Shown: positions 1-13,271 of the stretch, piece after piece
How positions within the stretch are numbered: position 1 is the first letter of the stretch
How the letters are laid out: the number at the start of each line of letters is the position of its first letter
NCBI GenBank assembly: GCA_964200185.2
Contig: CAXNAD020000048.1
Location: 1 to 35,689, forward strand
Length of the DNA stretch: 35,689 bases
Direction of reading: 5' to 3'
Source of the DNA: Choristocarpus tenellus KU-1152
Lineage: Eukaryota > Protista > Phaeophyceae
Position numbers and translations under genes: made by a program
Notes under the pieces: generated by a model
What the model saw: the letters and a program-made list of their open reading frames with translations, nothing else
The model's database searches: none
Told to the model about the DNA's origin: nothing

Positions 1-3000
1 CATACATGCGCTACTACAACAGGAGCAGCACGAACAAAGATAAGGACATGGCTCCGAAGCGAGACCTGGTGATGTCCTGGATAGACTACTGGGCTGATAG
101 ATACGGGCAGTTCATGCCTCAAAAGTCAACAATTGTGATCTACGCCGTGAACAAACAGGTCGGTTTTGCCCTTGGTTGTGGAAAGGTTGGCTGCACCCTG
201 TGTTGGAGTTAGATGCAAACCGTGCGACCCGGCAGTACGTAGAAAAGGTGGATCTAAGTAGTATTTCGAGTGGTGGATGTTCATTGCTTTGACCGGTCTG
301 ATATTATGGTTAAGAGAACATGTCAAGATTCATACAAAGTGCTATCTTTTTCGTTTGCTGTGTCGATATTTCAATATTCATGATGATACTCTTTGTCAAT
401 TTTGACCGGTCTGATATTATGGTTAAGAGAACATGTCAAGATTCATACAAAGTGCTATCTGTTTCGTTTGCTGTGTCGATATTTCAATATTCATGATGAT
501 ACTCTTTGTCAATTTTATGAAGGAAGACACAATAACTGGTATTTCAACGCCAAGCACACATACTCTGCGGCCCCGGGCCCGGTCTGACATTGTTAGGAAA
601 CGTGTGTACTTCGTATGTCTAAAGTGCTTCACGATGATGATGATGATGATGATGGTAGATTCGCCTCCTTTGTCGCCTCTGCAAACGGCAGCGAGGCCCG
701 AACAGAATGACGCTCATGGCAGATTTAATCAGATCATTGTATTTGCTCTTTCATAACACACGATGTAAGCTTGCTTGATCCTGTCTTCCGCGTTTTCAGT
801 CAAGTTATTGGTCAGTCCGCCTTCGAAAGATGTTGCAGGGATGTTCTTTGAGTGTTCCTTATCAATAACTCCTCACTTATCCACACAACCAACATTTTTA
901 ATTAGGAGCTATACAAGGATTTTTGCAAAGAGGCAATACGGGTGTATCCTGACGACCCTTTCAAGTGGGTAAGCAAGGCGCACTTCCTCCGATTGCTCAG
1001 AGAGGACGGGCCCAACATCCGGGTGAGGGTAGGAGGCAAGTTTATGAAATGTGACATATGTGTCACGTTAAAAGAGAAGCGGCACGGTGCGCCTGGTGTA
1101 AAACCTTCGAAAGACTCCACCGTCCTCGAGTCCATCGATAAGGAGCTGTCAGACCATCGAGAGGTAGGTGTCCAGCATTAATTTGGCAACAAAGGTACAG
1201 TTACAACATGTCGCCGTCATTGCCCTCCGTTTTGAAGAAAATCTTTGTCCTTTTGCGAATGAAGACTCCCACGTAGGTGTTCATGGCAGCAGCAGTAGCC
1301 TCACTCAGAGAAAAACTTGCTGTTATTAGCTGCCCAAACACCTTGTACGATAGACTGCTTCCTGGTCGTGTACAATGGGCTGTGGGAGGGACAGGTCATG
1401 TAGCGATCTTCCGGCCCGGTACGTTCATACTTCCTACCATCCCGATAACCCTGTGTTTGTCTTGAACGCAGCAATAAAAAACTCATACCAATACAAACAT
1501 CTATTGTTACCCAGACTAAATTTTTGTTACTAACCTGATACGTATTAAAAAGTGGCAATTTTTTTGTAACTCTGAGCAGATTTATTTGATTAATTCACGT
1601 GATGTTGCTGTCCCCCATTCGTCAGACTATACAAGCGGATCGGCTGGTCATCGCCAACAGCACCAGCAGCGCCATGCGGTCCAAAGCCGACGGTAAACCT
1701 CTCGGCTTCGTGTTCATGTCCGTAGACGCCGCGAACCAGACAGCACACGCCCTCCCAGCACTTTACCCACCTACCCACGGCGGTGACAGGTAACCACACG
1801 CACACATTGTCCATCCGACAAAACCTTTGCAGCCACACGCGGAGCAGAATAAACGACCATGCTTTATTCTACGAATGAGTGCAAAGTCCCCAGAAATAAT
1901 CGCCAAAACAAACGCACATAATTGCACTACCTATTCCGTTCATCATGATGACCTTTCTTTACAAGTTCCTTTCGTTCATGTCCCCCCTATCAGGGGCTAC
2001 TCCAAGCGCCAGAAGATCATGGCCCCACACGTCGAAGGCCAGTTCGCGGAGGTGTTCTTCACTCCTATCAATCTTGGAGGAGGTACGTATTGTGGGTCGT
2101 GGCGAACAATCACATGACCGAATAGATGCTGGTTGCGCACGCACCACTTGATTTACCGTCGCGGCGAGTGGACCTGCCGTAGGGTATATCTGTAAGAACG
2201 AGTACATCCTTACACGATGTGCCTATAGATACCGCAGGCCTAGTGAACAGTCGATTAACTGATGATGCGCTGTGCTCCCCTGCCCTCCTACACCTCACCT
2301 TAGGGTTAGGGCGAGAGGAGCGTATGAGCTAATCAACGGGTGGTGGAGATCACAGACATGTATATCAGCCGTATGGGTGTATGTGCTCTACATTGCATAA
2401 ACAAATTACATTACCCCTCTTTTTAGCTCCAAATAAACAATGCATAAGTAAGCAGAGTACTTTTAGCCAACAGTTGTTGAACATCATTGTTCGCACAGGT
2501 TGTAACCTTGTCTGTACAGCCACCCACCTTGCCCTCACAAGGCTTATCGACAAGTATCACAACAGCCTCGATCACGCGGGGAATTGAATCATCCAGCACG
2601 CACATTGGCAGGTAAGAAGGTTTCATCTTGACACGACCTACTCAACATACTCGCCGAATACCAGTCACCAAGTAACCAACTGCACGGTCTTTAGTTTTGG
2701 TTTGTGCGTTGCAACCTGCATGTATGATGGCAGTGATGTAGAGATTGCGCTCTAGCAATACTGGAAACCTACCCTGTTCCTCCACGAAACGCGGCGAAAT
2801 GGGCTGACATATCGGCCTCACGCCTATCCCTCCTCACTCCCAAATCCCCAAACTGGCCAGGTGGACAACTGCGTCTCAGGGAACAAGAACAATTTCTTTC
2901 TCGGATACGGGGGGCTGTTGTTTGCAGCGAGTGTCATTCGTGTGGTCAAGATACATTTTATGATGGTGGGGCACACGCACATCAAAATCGATCAGATCTT

Positions 3001-3692
3001 CTCCAGGTAATTAGGCAAGATATACAAGTTCGATAGCCACATAGTGTTTTCATACGGACAGATACTGTCTCGAGGCTTGCAACTCACGCTTGTTGCATCC
3101 ATGGAAGGTTTATGGTCGTACACTGTATTTGATCGATTGGCTTTTGATTTCCCCACAACAAAATTGAACGATAAGAGCAGCTGCCAAAACTGTTTCGCAA
3201 CGTACTCTCGAAACAAAACAATGAAAAAAAATGTACGTATCACCCATTTATATATCTATACTTCCATATACATGCATCAGAGCATGTGCCTGCATATATA
3301 CCTTGCTTCCCCACTTCGCTTCTTTCGCCCCCGCCTCGAAATTAACTTCCTTGCATTTCACCTTCAGGTTCTCACGTGGTATAAAAGGCAAGAACATATT
3401 CACAAGAACACAGCTGGGTGAAGAGCTGCAGGCCTAATATACGGAGGTTCCAGTATACTACAAGACCTTGCGGAACAAGGGCAACTTTAAGGGACTCCTT
3501 TGCGGTCGCGTCAACCGTGTCCCCAACATCATGAGCTACAGGGCTTTTCGTGTTGAAAAAGGCGGTGATGGGCGGGTGAAGGTTAGCGTAAAGCTATATA
3601 TGCACAGCATCGAATGGAGTGGGATAGGCGGAGACCCTGCTATGGACCCCAACACCCCTCGGCACGACCTCTTCATCAGCCACCCGCCTCGC
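1..3692 (+). pseudogene. Spliced DUF7869 / Sola-like DDD transposase pseudogene (5' end outside window, 3' end truncated)
   Basis: Phase-consistent GT-AG exons: <1-158, 906-1163, 1626-1789, 1994-2082, 2499-2611, 2861-3006, 3368-~3692. The joined product carries FMKCDIC, FVFMSVDAANQTAHALP, NLGGGCNLVCT, WQVDNCVSGNKNNFFLGYGGLL and FMMVGHTHIKIDQIFSRFS. These match the D..(Q.DN...NKN)..GHTH..ID pattern of this family. In-frame stops at 2585-2587 (TGA) and 3435-3437 (TAA). Confidence 0.8.
291..516. repeat. 113-bp direct tandem duplication in intron 1 of the transposase pseudogene
   Basis: GACCGGTCTGATATTATGG...CTTTGTCAATTTT occurs at 291-403 and 404-516, near-identical. Confidence 0.95.
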
Positions 3693-5544
3693 ACAGATAT
3701 GAACATAACAAAAACATGTGGAGCGCAGACTACACTCTTACTTTTGTCCCTTGGATGCTGCAGTTCCAACTGCCAACATCTTCCAAGCATCAGAAGGACA
3801 AAGAAAGGTAAGTTCATACCCCATGCACTCAAATAGACCTTGGACGACACACTCATATAGCCCATTTTGATTTCTAGAAAGTAGGTTGAAAAAGTAGTCC
3901 CATACGGAGGATTGCCTACAACTCACTTTTTGGCAGGTCGTGAGGGACCTCATTGCACTGGGCACATTAAGTGCCGAACATTAACCGGTCGTTGAGGGAT
4001 ACTCGTCTGCCCCATGTATGGCACTGGGTGTAAGCTAAGGCATGTACCTCCACCTAGCATTGTGGTCAATTGATCAAATGGCAGAGCAAGCCACAATGAA
4101 ATTTATGGCACAACAGTAACTGTTAATTGACATATTACGCCAGAGTCAGCTACCCACACCATAAATTCGTTTGGTGGTGCCTATAATCGCATGTCTAAAG
4201 AGGGCTCACAAAAATCTCAAATGGCACTCCATCTGACCCCTTGGTAAGACTTCCCTTGCACAGTTTCATAGCTTGGCTCTACAGCAATCAATATGAAGAT
4301 CAAAATAGATAAAGTAAAAAAATGCCCCAGCGCTAAGATACCGCCAACTCGTACCAATACAACATACATACCTCAAGCAGCTAGTTGCACCACACATAAC
4401 GTTCTCACCAGATATCCTGCTTGTGGATATAAGTAAATGTTTTCACATCAAGTAGTACACAGAGCTTGTAGCGAGTACACCTTGTGCACAATAGGTACAA
4501 CCAGTGGTAGATAGTAAGTACTTTGGAGAAGTAGTAAAGTAGTGAATGGGGAATGGTCAGACGTCAGACAGGTTGCCACAGGAATCTAGCATTGACATGG
4601 AATATATCAACTTTGTCAATTTATGAAACATAGTACCATATCTGCAAGAAAATTAGTTTTGTGGTTTGATCACGAGGATTCCATCCAGTGATGGCCAACT
4701 TGCAAAGGTTGGCATGCAAACCAACCCTATCCATCTGTGCACTCCAGGGCGGAGACCACAACAATACACAAGGGCTCATCAAGTGTAAGTCCGTTCCTAA
4801 CAACACAAAGAAAATACTCGTTTCCAAAGAGTAATACCAGTACATTCATTACAAACAGTCCAACTCCTCAAAAGATAGTATGAACATATACTTTCTTGTC
4901 CAGTTATTTGCACCTATCATACCTTTGATGCCACATAATGTATCACCGATGGGACATGACACCAGCACCAACCACAAATGACTGAACCTTTGGAACAGTT
5001 ACACAAATGCACTCCAATGTTCAATTGAACTTTTCCTTGGGGCATTAAACGAACTCAAATTGACCCTTCTGACATTATTTTAAAAATACTTTCATTTAGA
5101 TCATTGGTCTAATAGAATAGTATTTAGGAATGACATGAATCCATTCAGCCCATTTTTTGGTTCGGAACGGGTTGAACGGTTACAAACATTATGACATCGT
5201 TGGGAATGGTTTTGTGTATCAGATATATATACATAGTGTAGGAGTGTACTCTCAGTGTAACTCCTCGGCATTAAACTCTACTACTGCAGCAACAAGATGG
5301 CATCAATGAGACTGTATCCACTACAACCACAGTTCCTGCGGTTGACAATTAGTAATATGTAGAGCAAACCTGGTCCTTCAGTAGATACAGCTAAAATAAA
5401 TAGCAATATATGCAGCAAAAAGTTGGACTATACCATGCATATAGTTTGTATACACTTACTATTTTATCTAACCATGCACATCAAAGTGTACAAAGTGCTG
5501 TCACCTACTGATACATGCAATGACTTGTTCAAAACTACCCAATC

Positions 5545-6451
5545 TTAATGTTGGGTGAGGTTAAAATTATACTCTGCTTCTCCATGATCTAGCTCTGGTC
5601 CGTCACTGGATGTTCCGCCACTATTCTCCCCCAGTTGTTTCATGAATACAGCTATGTGGGCAGCTAGCATGCCAACAAGCTTCTCATCATTGGCATCAAA
5701 CGGCCCAGAAGCCTTGTTCATCATCTCAATCACGGCCACCACCTTCCCACTATCCTTACCCTGAGACCTACTGACAACTGGCACTGCTAGTATATTGTTG
5801 GTCAAGGTCTTCATAGCCACATCCACATCAGGAAAGTAGCGCCTTTCGAACCCACGGCCCACATTATAGTCATCCCACATGAACGATGGCACCCAATGTC
5901 ACCCGTGACACATGCAACATCCATGACACATGGATCATTGACATTTTCACAGTATGAAGGGGGAAAATATATGAGCAAGATTGACTAGTGATGTTACATC
6001 TTTCTCATCATCATCAAACGATTTTTCACTAGGTTATTGCTCGAGTCAGTTTTACAGTACTAGTTAAAGATTCACCATCAACAGACTACAGGACTCTGCA
6101 GGAGTGAGACAAAGAAAACGAGAGCTACCCAGAGTTGCATTGTAAGGATAGAGTTGAATAATAAGGATGCAGAAAATTATGTGCAAATTTTGACTATTTT
6201 GACAAAAATGGGTATATGATATTTTCTGAATTGTGTCCAAAACTCTCAAACAACAGAGATATCAACGCTCCCAACTCAAAGTTAGAACTTACCATAGAAG
6301 TATTGGTTAATTGCAAGCAGTTGAAAAACTTAGGGTTAGAAAGCAAAAAGGCCAATACCTGAGTACTTGTAGTTGACTTTGGCTCATTAGAGGAAAACAC
6401 ACCTGGAAGTATCCTTGGTACACACAGTTTGAATACAAAAAAGATTTGTGC

Positions 6452-6504
<53 letters not shown>

Positions 6505-8349
6505 TGTGTGTAGGGTTAGGGTTAGGGTTAGGGCTAAAATCAAAGACAACATTAGAGGAAAACACAATAATACTGTACAAAAAATAGGAATGCCTGGAGT
6601 ACTTACCTGAGTTTCTAACCCAAACGCTTTGCTCTCAGGTTATTGTACAATCATACATAATAACACATGATATCCAACGCTTCATGATGCGTCCACATGA
6701 GTCATAACTAGTACACTCATAACAGGTTGATGTGCTTAAATAATGTTTTATACTCCAAAGTAATACCGATATCCAAGCAACAAAATCATCAGTTAAGGCA
6801 TTGTTTAGCCCTATAACACAGTAAGAAGCTGCTATGGTTGACATGCTTACTAGAGGTGATATTGATGTCTTGAGGTCAGACTGTCACACCACACATGGCA
6901 CACAACATATCACCTGATATTTCAAGCAAGACTATATCTTTCAATCGATGTTCTTGAAGTACAGTGGCAGTTACAAAATATGTCACAAACAGTCCAAGTA
7001 TCTCTGTGATGCTTTTCAGGTACATTTAAATACTATGTTACAAGTGTTAGGGTTAGGGCAACAAGTGTTCGCCTTCCAAGTAGCTCATCGGGATTAGAAA
7101 AAGATATATCATGGTTTCAAGTGAGAACAATTTGTTAGCTAGATTATGTGTGCTAGGTGTATGCTATGTTCGTGCTAAGTGTGTGCTAGGTGCATGCCAA
7201 GTATGTGCCAGGTGTATGCTCACTCGTCTTTTGTGGTGTCTTCAACATTGATGACTTGTCCTGTTCTCACCACTTCTCCTGCTATACCTTTTGTGATGGG
7301 GATTGAAATCAGCATGCCAGCCTTTCATGGGAGAGGAGGGCCAGGGGGTTGGACAGGTTGAGAATTAGACAACCCTAACCCTAACCCTAACCTACAACAT
7401 TCATTAATCCATGTCAATGCACTAATAACACTGAAGGAGTGTCTTGCACCATCCCTAGAAAACCCTGAAAAACTTGTGTGACACAACTCAACACTCTCTA
7501 GCATATGCACGATGGAGCTGTGTGTGAGGTATGTCTATGTAGGGTTAGGGGAAAATTGCACTATTTTGGAGCATAAAAAATATAAAATTCTGGAACACCC
7601 AAAGTCCAGTATCCTTTAGCAACCCTAAAAGAGATAATTGGCTTTCTATACTTGTGACTCAGCGGTTGAAACATCAGTGTTTCCTTACAAAAACTGACGG
7701 GCTAGGGTTAGGGTTAACGTCAAACTTAATTGATGTGAAAAGTCTAACTCTAACCCTAACCCTAATCCTAATCCTCACACTTTCGATTATTCAAAGTTCA
7801 CATGGAAAGAACTGGAGATTGTACATCTGTACTACGCTGTCCACTGCTATCAAATGGTACAATAATATGGGAAACAGTAACCCTAACCCTAACCCTAACC
7901 CTATTCAGGGGTCAATGATTCATTGCCAAGTAGTGCTGAGGTTATTCAGCTGTGTCCTTCACAAGGTTTGAGGGAGAAGGAGTGACAACCAGTGGGGTGG
8001 CCGAACCCAAGACCCAAGAAGTACAGTAATAGTGGTAATAAGTACAATTAGTCTTAGGGATAGATAGGGTTGGTCACAGTAGTAGGGTTAGGGAGTATAA
8101 CAAGAAGTTCAGTGTGTAGTGCCTCTGACCACAGGTTGGGATAGTTCCCAGACTAAAGCGCAGATGATGATGATAATAACAATAAAAAACTATAAGGACT
8201 ATCGTTGTATCATGCTGAATCTGCTAATAATTGTTGATCTATCACATTACAGGGTTAGGGTTATAAAGTAAAACAAGGTACATGCATTGTATTCATCAAT
8301 TAGGGGGGTGGGGTGGCCTATATTGCTAGCATGGAACAGATAATAATAC

Positions 8350-8381
<32 letters not shown>

Positions 8382-11300
8382 TAACAAAATAACAGGACCC
8401 CTCATCACCAAAGAGCATATAGAACATATTTTGTTACACTTAACAAAAAAATGAAAGGGGAAACCAAAATACCACACAAACTTGCTGTCAAGAATACAAT
8501 CAATGCCTCATGCATTTGCTGCTATGAGGACTGACCTCAGAACTCAGAAACAAAGGAATGTCTTGCAATGACATCACAGACAATCATAAAAATGATGTCT
8601 ACAGTATACAGTAGACACTAGATAATAGCATACAGAATAGGGTTAGGGTTAGGGTACTCTGTACAGCCTTGTGCAATGGCATCAAAAATAATAACAAATG
8701 GCATCAAGGTCTTGAGGAAATTCTAAACTGTAGAAACACACCACTTGCACCAATGGAATAAGGTCAGGATGCCACATACACCTCATTACTGGCACTACCA
8801 ATATGCTCCTAATAATGTTAATAATTGTAAATATAAATATTGGAACATATCCCATAAACTTACTACTGGTTGATATTTATTGGAGTCAAAGCATTTTAGA
8901 GGGTAGAGCCGCATCCATTTAGGGGCCAAAATCCAACGCTGCGATTTTGATGTAATATTGGCTATCATGTTTGTTAGGAAGTGTCAGTATCCTTGTTCCG
9001 GACACACCTTTTCATAATGTATACATTTTACCTACTCCGAAACACTTCGCAGCTGGAAAATGTCATAAAAAAACATGGGAAGCCAAGTCCCGAACAGACC
9101 AACAGGGCAAAACTCATACCCTCTAAGATACCTTCACTCTTTGTTGATACTTATTGTGATCAACATATTGAAATCAGTCTCCAAATGTTTTTTCTTCGTT
9201 TCTACAAAAGGGCAGCGTTATGGACAGGGAAGTGGTTGAGAAATGTTGAAAAATTACCCTAGAAAAACAGTCACAGGGCAAGATTTACCGTATCCACCTC
9301 TAACCCTAACCCTAACCCTAACCCTAAACCTATACCATACTCAAAGGAAGTGCTAATATTTCACCTTGATGGATCCATCCAAAGCAGTGGCCACCTTGGA
9401 CCATAGTTCCCCCTTGTCCTCATCAACAAAAAAGAGAGAGCACTTTTCAGCTCCAACCAGGTGGTGTCCGTCGTCCAGTATTGTCGCAAATATTGTGTCC
9501 ATTTCTCTCTGCATGAAGTCAAAACATGATCGTGATCAGCTGGTACACGCATGAACAATGTCACTACAACCACAACAATATTATGTGTCAATAACAAATC
9601 TATGTATCAGTAACTACACTACTATGTGTCAATATCAATACTATGTATCAGCAACTACACTACTATGTGTCAATATCAATATTATGTATCAGCAACTACA
9701 CTACTATGTGTCAATAGCAGCAATCTATGTATCAGCAACTACACTACTATGTGCTAATAACAACAATGTTCTGTGTCAATAATGTTGCAGACTCGCCATG
9801 TCGAGACAAGGTCAGAACTGTCTTTCACAACAAAGCTAGTCACCCATAGCAGACAGGACCAGAACACTACCATATGCAGCTTTCTCTTAGTCAATCAGTA
9901 CATATATTACATCTCGAAGTCTTGAGCTTATGCATCATAAATCACTAGCCTCATTCAAACAACACTGAACATATTAGGGTTAGGGTCAACTGCACGATGA
10001 TGCGCAATTGCTGCAATAGCAGTAGTTGGAAGAATTTGACAAGGAAGAAGTTGCTCAATGTACATGTATGTGTATTGTCTATGTATACATAGCTTACATG
10101 CACAACACCACACTAACCCTTTCACAAATGTTTGTGCAAGAACATGCTGTGCCCTCACCAGACCACTTGGTCACTCACACTTCCCTAACCCTAATCCTAA
10201 GTACACCTATGGCAGAGGTAGTGTCTACATCTCTACAATCTCTACATGGGGAACTTGAGAAATTTCTCGACTTGTAAAATGATCCGGAGATCAACCAGCA
10301 GTCCACTTGAGCCACCCAAACAAACATCTTATCTATAGCACAAATCAGCAGTGCCTGGAAATCAACCTGAACATGATTATTTTGCTGCTCAACACGGTGT
10401 TGGAATGTCGCTCTTGACCAGAAACAAGATGGACTTTGAGAAGAGGTGCAAAATGATTGTACAGACCTTAGCTGCTTCTACTTAGACTATTGCGACATAC
10501 ATCAAGGATCCGAAATTTGGATATTTTACCATAAAATCAAGTACTGGAGCATCTAAAAAGGATGTTTCCTCAATAATCAAAATTTGAATCATTCTTAGAT
10601 CTTAAAGAACAGTTGTGATATTATCATCAGAAGCAGAATAGGTCTGTACCATCATGCAAAACTTCTAAAGATCCACCGCATCTCTTTTTGCTTAACAGTT
10701 ATGCACTCCTCAAGTCTTGGGGAAAACACACTAAAACCATCGATGTGCATATATATATAAGTGTGTGTATCTATCTATATATATGGTGAGGGCATTCCTG
10801 CCTTCGTCAGAAGATTGCTCCATCTAGAGTTGGAATAAACTTGCTTAGGGTTAGGGTTTAGGGTTAGGGTAGACATCAACAAAAAAAAGAAAAAGAAGGT
10901 TGCCTACTTTGGGTACCAGCAAAGAACAGAGGGGAGCAACATCTACAGAATAGCAATAATAGGAGTAGTACTTAATTGAGTGCTCTGGGATATGGTCTTC
11001 TTCCATATGCACAATACTACATAACAAGATCCGAATCTTGCGTTTGCTACCTGGCAACATGAGTCTGAATGTTATCACAGGACAGAGTTCTGATCTTTCG
11101 GCAATCAAATAGGTGCAGGAGATACCACTACACCCAGCCTATCTCCAGCTGGATTCCAATCCCTCAAGAGATGGGAGATACTATAAATAGAGCGCTGATC
11201 TCATTATTGATATCGACATGATATCGACATGATATCAACATGATGGTCATTTCTGTGTCTTTGTTCGTGCCTTGAGGATTAGGGTTAGGTCATAAACACG

Positions 11301-13271
11301 TTATGCCACAGCATATGAGGACAGCTAGATGGCAAGCAAAATGTATCATTCACCTTAGTGAAGGCTCTGATTACAGCTCACAAGCATCCCTCAAACCTCC
11401 TATCTATCACATGGATGTGTCTAGTAGTATTCTATTTATGGTGAAGTCAGGATTCCATATGATACTCATCCCTCACATGCGGCCCTATAGATGAACATGA
11501 ATCAAATCGGATTAGGTTAGGGCTAACATGATCTCATCACTGGAGCAGCAATTCAAATTGAAGGGGTCAGTGACAAATTGTACGTCAACAAAGTCAATTT
11601 ATCACCCATGTCCAACAGCTAGGCATGCCATGCTATCTGTGGGTGAACGGCTTGATCGGCAAGCTCTTCTAACATATATATACCATCAATTTTTTGTAGG
11701 GTAACCTGTGAGATGCCCTTGTCAGAATAGTCTGTTGATCACAACATTCCAAGGAAACTTCATACACGGTACTGGATGAAACTCTATCTATTAATAGCTT
11801 CAAAAGGCATTGTTGCAGTGACAGAAGTTCCCTTCGATAATGACACTTAAACTTGTTCCCACCTGCTTCTTTTCTCGCTCCTTTGTGGTTGTGTCAATAA
11901 ACAAGAGTGTTACCATGCCCATCAAACATCCGCATACCACTCCCACCATAGCCCCAGCTGTTGCTGTAACCTTCGAGATCTTCAAACCCCTCTGTGCTAT
12001 GGTCAAATCTGGGGAAGGCAGTCCCATCTTTACCGCAATCGCCTCCACCGTTCCTCCAAAGCACACGCCACAAACATCGCTCACCACCTGCCCACAAGCG
12101 GCCGCAGTGAGGGTCGCCATTCCAAACTTCACGCCAAAGGTGTTGTCAATCAGATCTCCCGCACTTAACATGACGAAGTTATCCATTATACCTGACATCA
12201 AGAGGCAAGTTAGGGTCCTAAGCAGAACTGAATTGTGTTGTGTTAGGTCCACTAATATATGAACAAGATTTGTAGATGGACTGCTGCACTGTCCTGGTAC
12301 ATTCATGGCGTTGTGCTTGTGATAGTATCGTCAGAGAGCTAACAAACCGACCACTCCTTGTCATCCCCCTCTAAGCGATAAGTCGAATAGAGACAAGCAA
12401 CAGTTACGTTGGTTAGAAGCCCACCCGAAGGTGTGAATGGTAAGACGTACACGGGACACAGTGAGCAATGTGCGTGTTCTTCCGCTTCCACTGCGGCTAA
12501 GAACTACCACAAGTTATGCAGTTCTCACCACTTTCAAAATTTCAGCCCAGGGGACCTACCGAAACCAACCATTGGCAACGCCGAGTGCACAAAAAGCGTT
12601 CGAAGTTGCTTCCGAGAAGGAGGGTCGGATAAAGGTGAGGGTCCTCCCCCATTCCACCCGCCCGTGGAGCGAAGAGTTGGATGCACCTCGTGATGATTTC
12701 CTCTCCACTGGGCATTACAACTAGTAGGATTTCGTTCCTGGCCCCCACCACACCTTGTCAAGCGCGAAATTTTCCGATGCTGACAAAGTTTTTCGATTCG
12801 GAATGCCCCACTGCTCGCAATAAGGTGGAAAGGACGGGATGATCAGGTAGGTTCCACTGTAAGGTTGAGGAAATAGTCTGAAGTCGCAGGAAAAGCACAT
12901 TTTTCGAATGGAGGGGCAAGGCCACATCAGAGACAAAGAACTAGAAAGGCTCAACACGCTAGAAGTGAAGCCACCTAAGTTCACCGATAAGACGACTCTT
13001 ACCATGTCGAGCTTTGGGTATGAAGACCATGCAAACGTAAGTCGCAGGTTACTGGGGCGCGTAATAACCTATCAAGATGGCAATATGCGGAAGGTATTAG
13101 GTTGAGAGGACAGGATGGGTACCATGGACAAACAAGTGCTAGGTGAGGCATGTGCAAACCAACTACCCGAGGACTTTGTGCGCAACCCCGACAAAAAATT
13201 TATAGCCACTTCCTGGACATGTACACTGCAAGAGAATACCGAAAAACATACAATATACACCTCGCAAGCAT
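5545..13271 (-). CDS. TMEM65: Mitochondrial TMEM65-domain protein fused to a C-terminal GAF domain (398 aa, 7 exons)
   Basis: Exons in transcript order: 13271-13261, 13068-13003, 12810-12560, 12191-11863, 9508-9365, 7321-7224, 5842-5545. Total 1197 nt with all phases matching. The N-terminus MLARLLRAPV... is presequence-like. TMEM65 motifs: PSRKQLRTLFVHSALPMVGFGIMDNFVMLSAGDLIDNTFG...TLTAAACGQVVSD. Linker KEREKKQREMDTIF. GAF motifs: GAEKCSLFFVDEDKGELWSKVA, IPITKGIAGEVVRTGQVINVED...RYFPDVD...ILAVPV...VVAVIEMMNK...FDANDEKL. The two tiny 5' exons are the least certain part. Confidence 0.88.
6461..6533. repeat. (TG)n microsatellite directly joined to a (TAGGGT)4 telomere-like tract
   Basis: TG repeat 6461-6510 runs straight into TAGGGTTAGGGTTAGGGTTAGGG at 6511-6533. 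Confidence 0.95.
7699..7775. repeat. Head-to-head inverted telomere-like tracts
   Basis: GGGCTAGGGTTAGGGTTA (7699-7716), a ~27-nt spacer, then CTAACTCTAACCCTAACCCTAATCCTAATCCT (7744-7775). Confidence 0.85.
8341..8378. repeat. (TAA)n microsatellite
   Basis: Visible TAA run with one interruption. Confidence 0.95.
8883..9139 (+). mobile_element. MITE family A, copy 1 (~257 bp, ~23-bp TIRs, GAG...CTC ends)
   Basis: 5' GAGTCAAAGCATTTTAGAGGGTA and 3' TACCCTCTAAGATACCTTCACTC are 19/23 complementary. The interior is homologous to 24249-24508 (-) and 32626-32873 (+). Confidence 0.85.
9581..9780. repeat. Minisatellite with a ~41-bp unit (TATGTATCAGCAACTACACTACTATGTGTCAATATCAATA), ~4 copies plus partials
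   Basis: TATGTATCAG recurs at 9601, 9642, 9683 and 9726. Confidence 0.9.
10430..10675. mobile_element. Degenerate inverted-repeat element (MITE-like, family C)
   Basis: TGGACTTTGAGAAG...ATGATTGTACAGACCTTAGCTGCTTCT (10430-~10480) is imperfectly complementary to AGAAGCAGAATAGGTCTGTACCATCAT...CTTCTAAAGATCCA (10629-10675). No clear TSD. Confidence 0.55.

Noticed and set aside
1277-1465. Extra exon of the transposase pseudogene
   Set aside because: Exons 906-1163 and 1626-1789 join in phase and give the expected motif spacing without it.
3950-4900. Possible PIF/Harbinger transposase relic on the minus strand (NGLTLDEPLCIV, AIHGADEYP)
   Set aside because: Similarity is too fragmentary to support by eye; a translated profile search is needed.
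6194-8477. ORFs with NPNPNP, LTLTLT, GLGLG, THTHTH or poly-Leu runs
   Set aside because: These are translations of telomeric hexamers and microsatellites inside introns.
11840-12262. 140-aa plus-strand ORF (likewise 30445-30885 and 34804-35166)
   Set aside because: Antisense shadows of real minus-strand exons.
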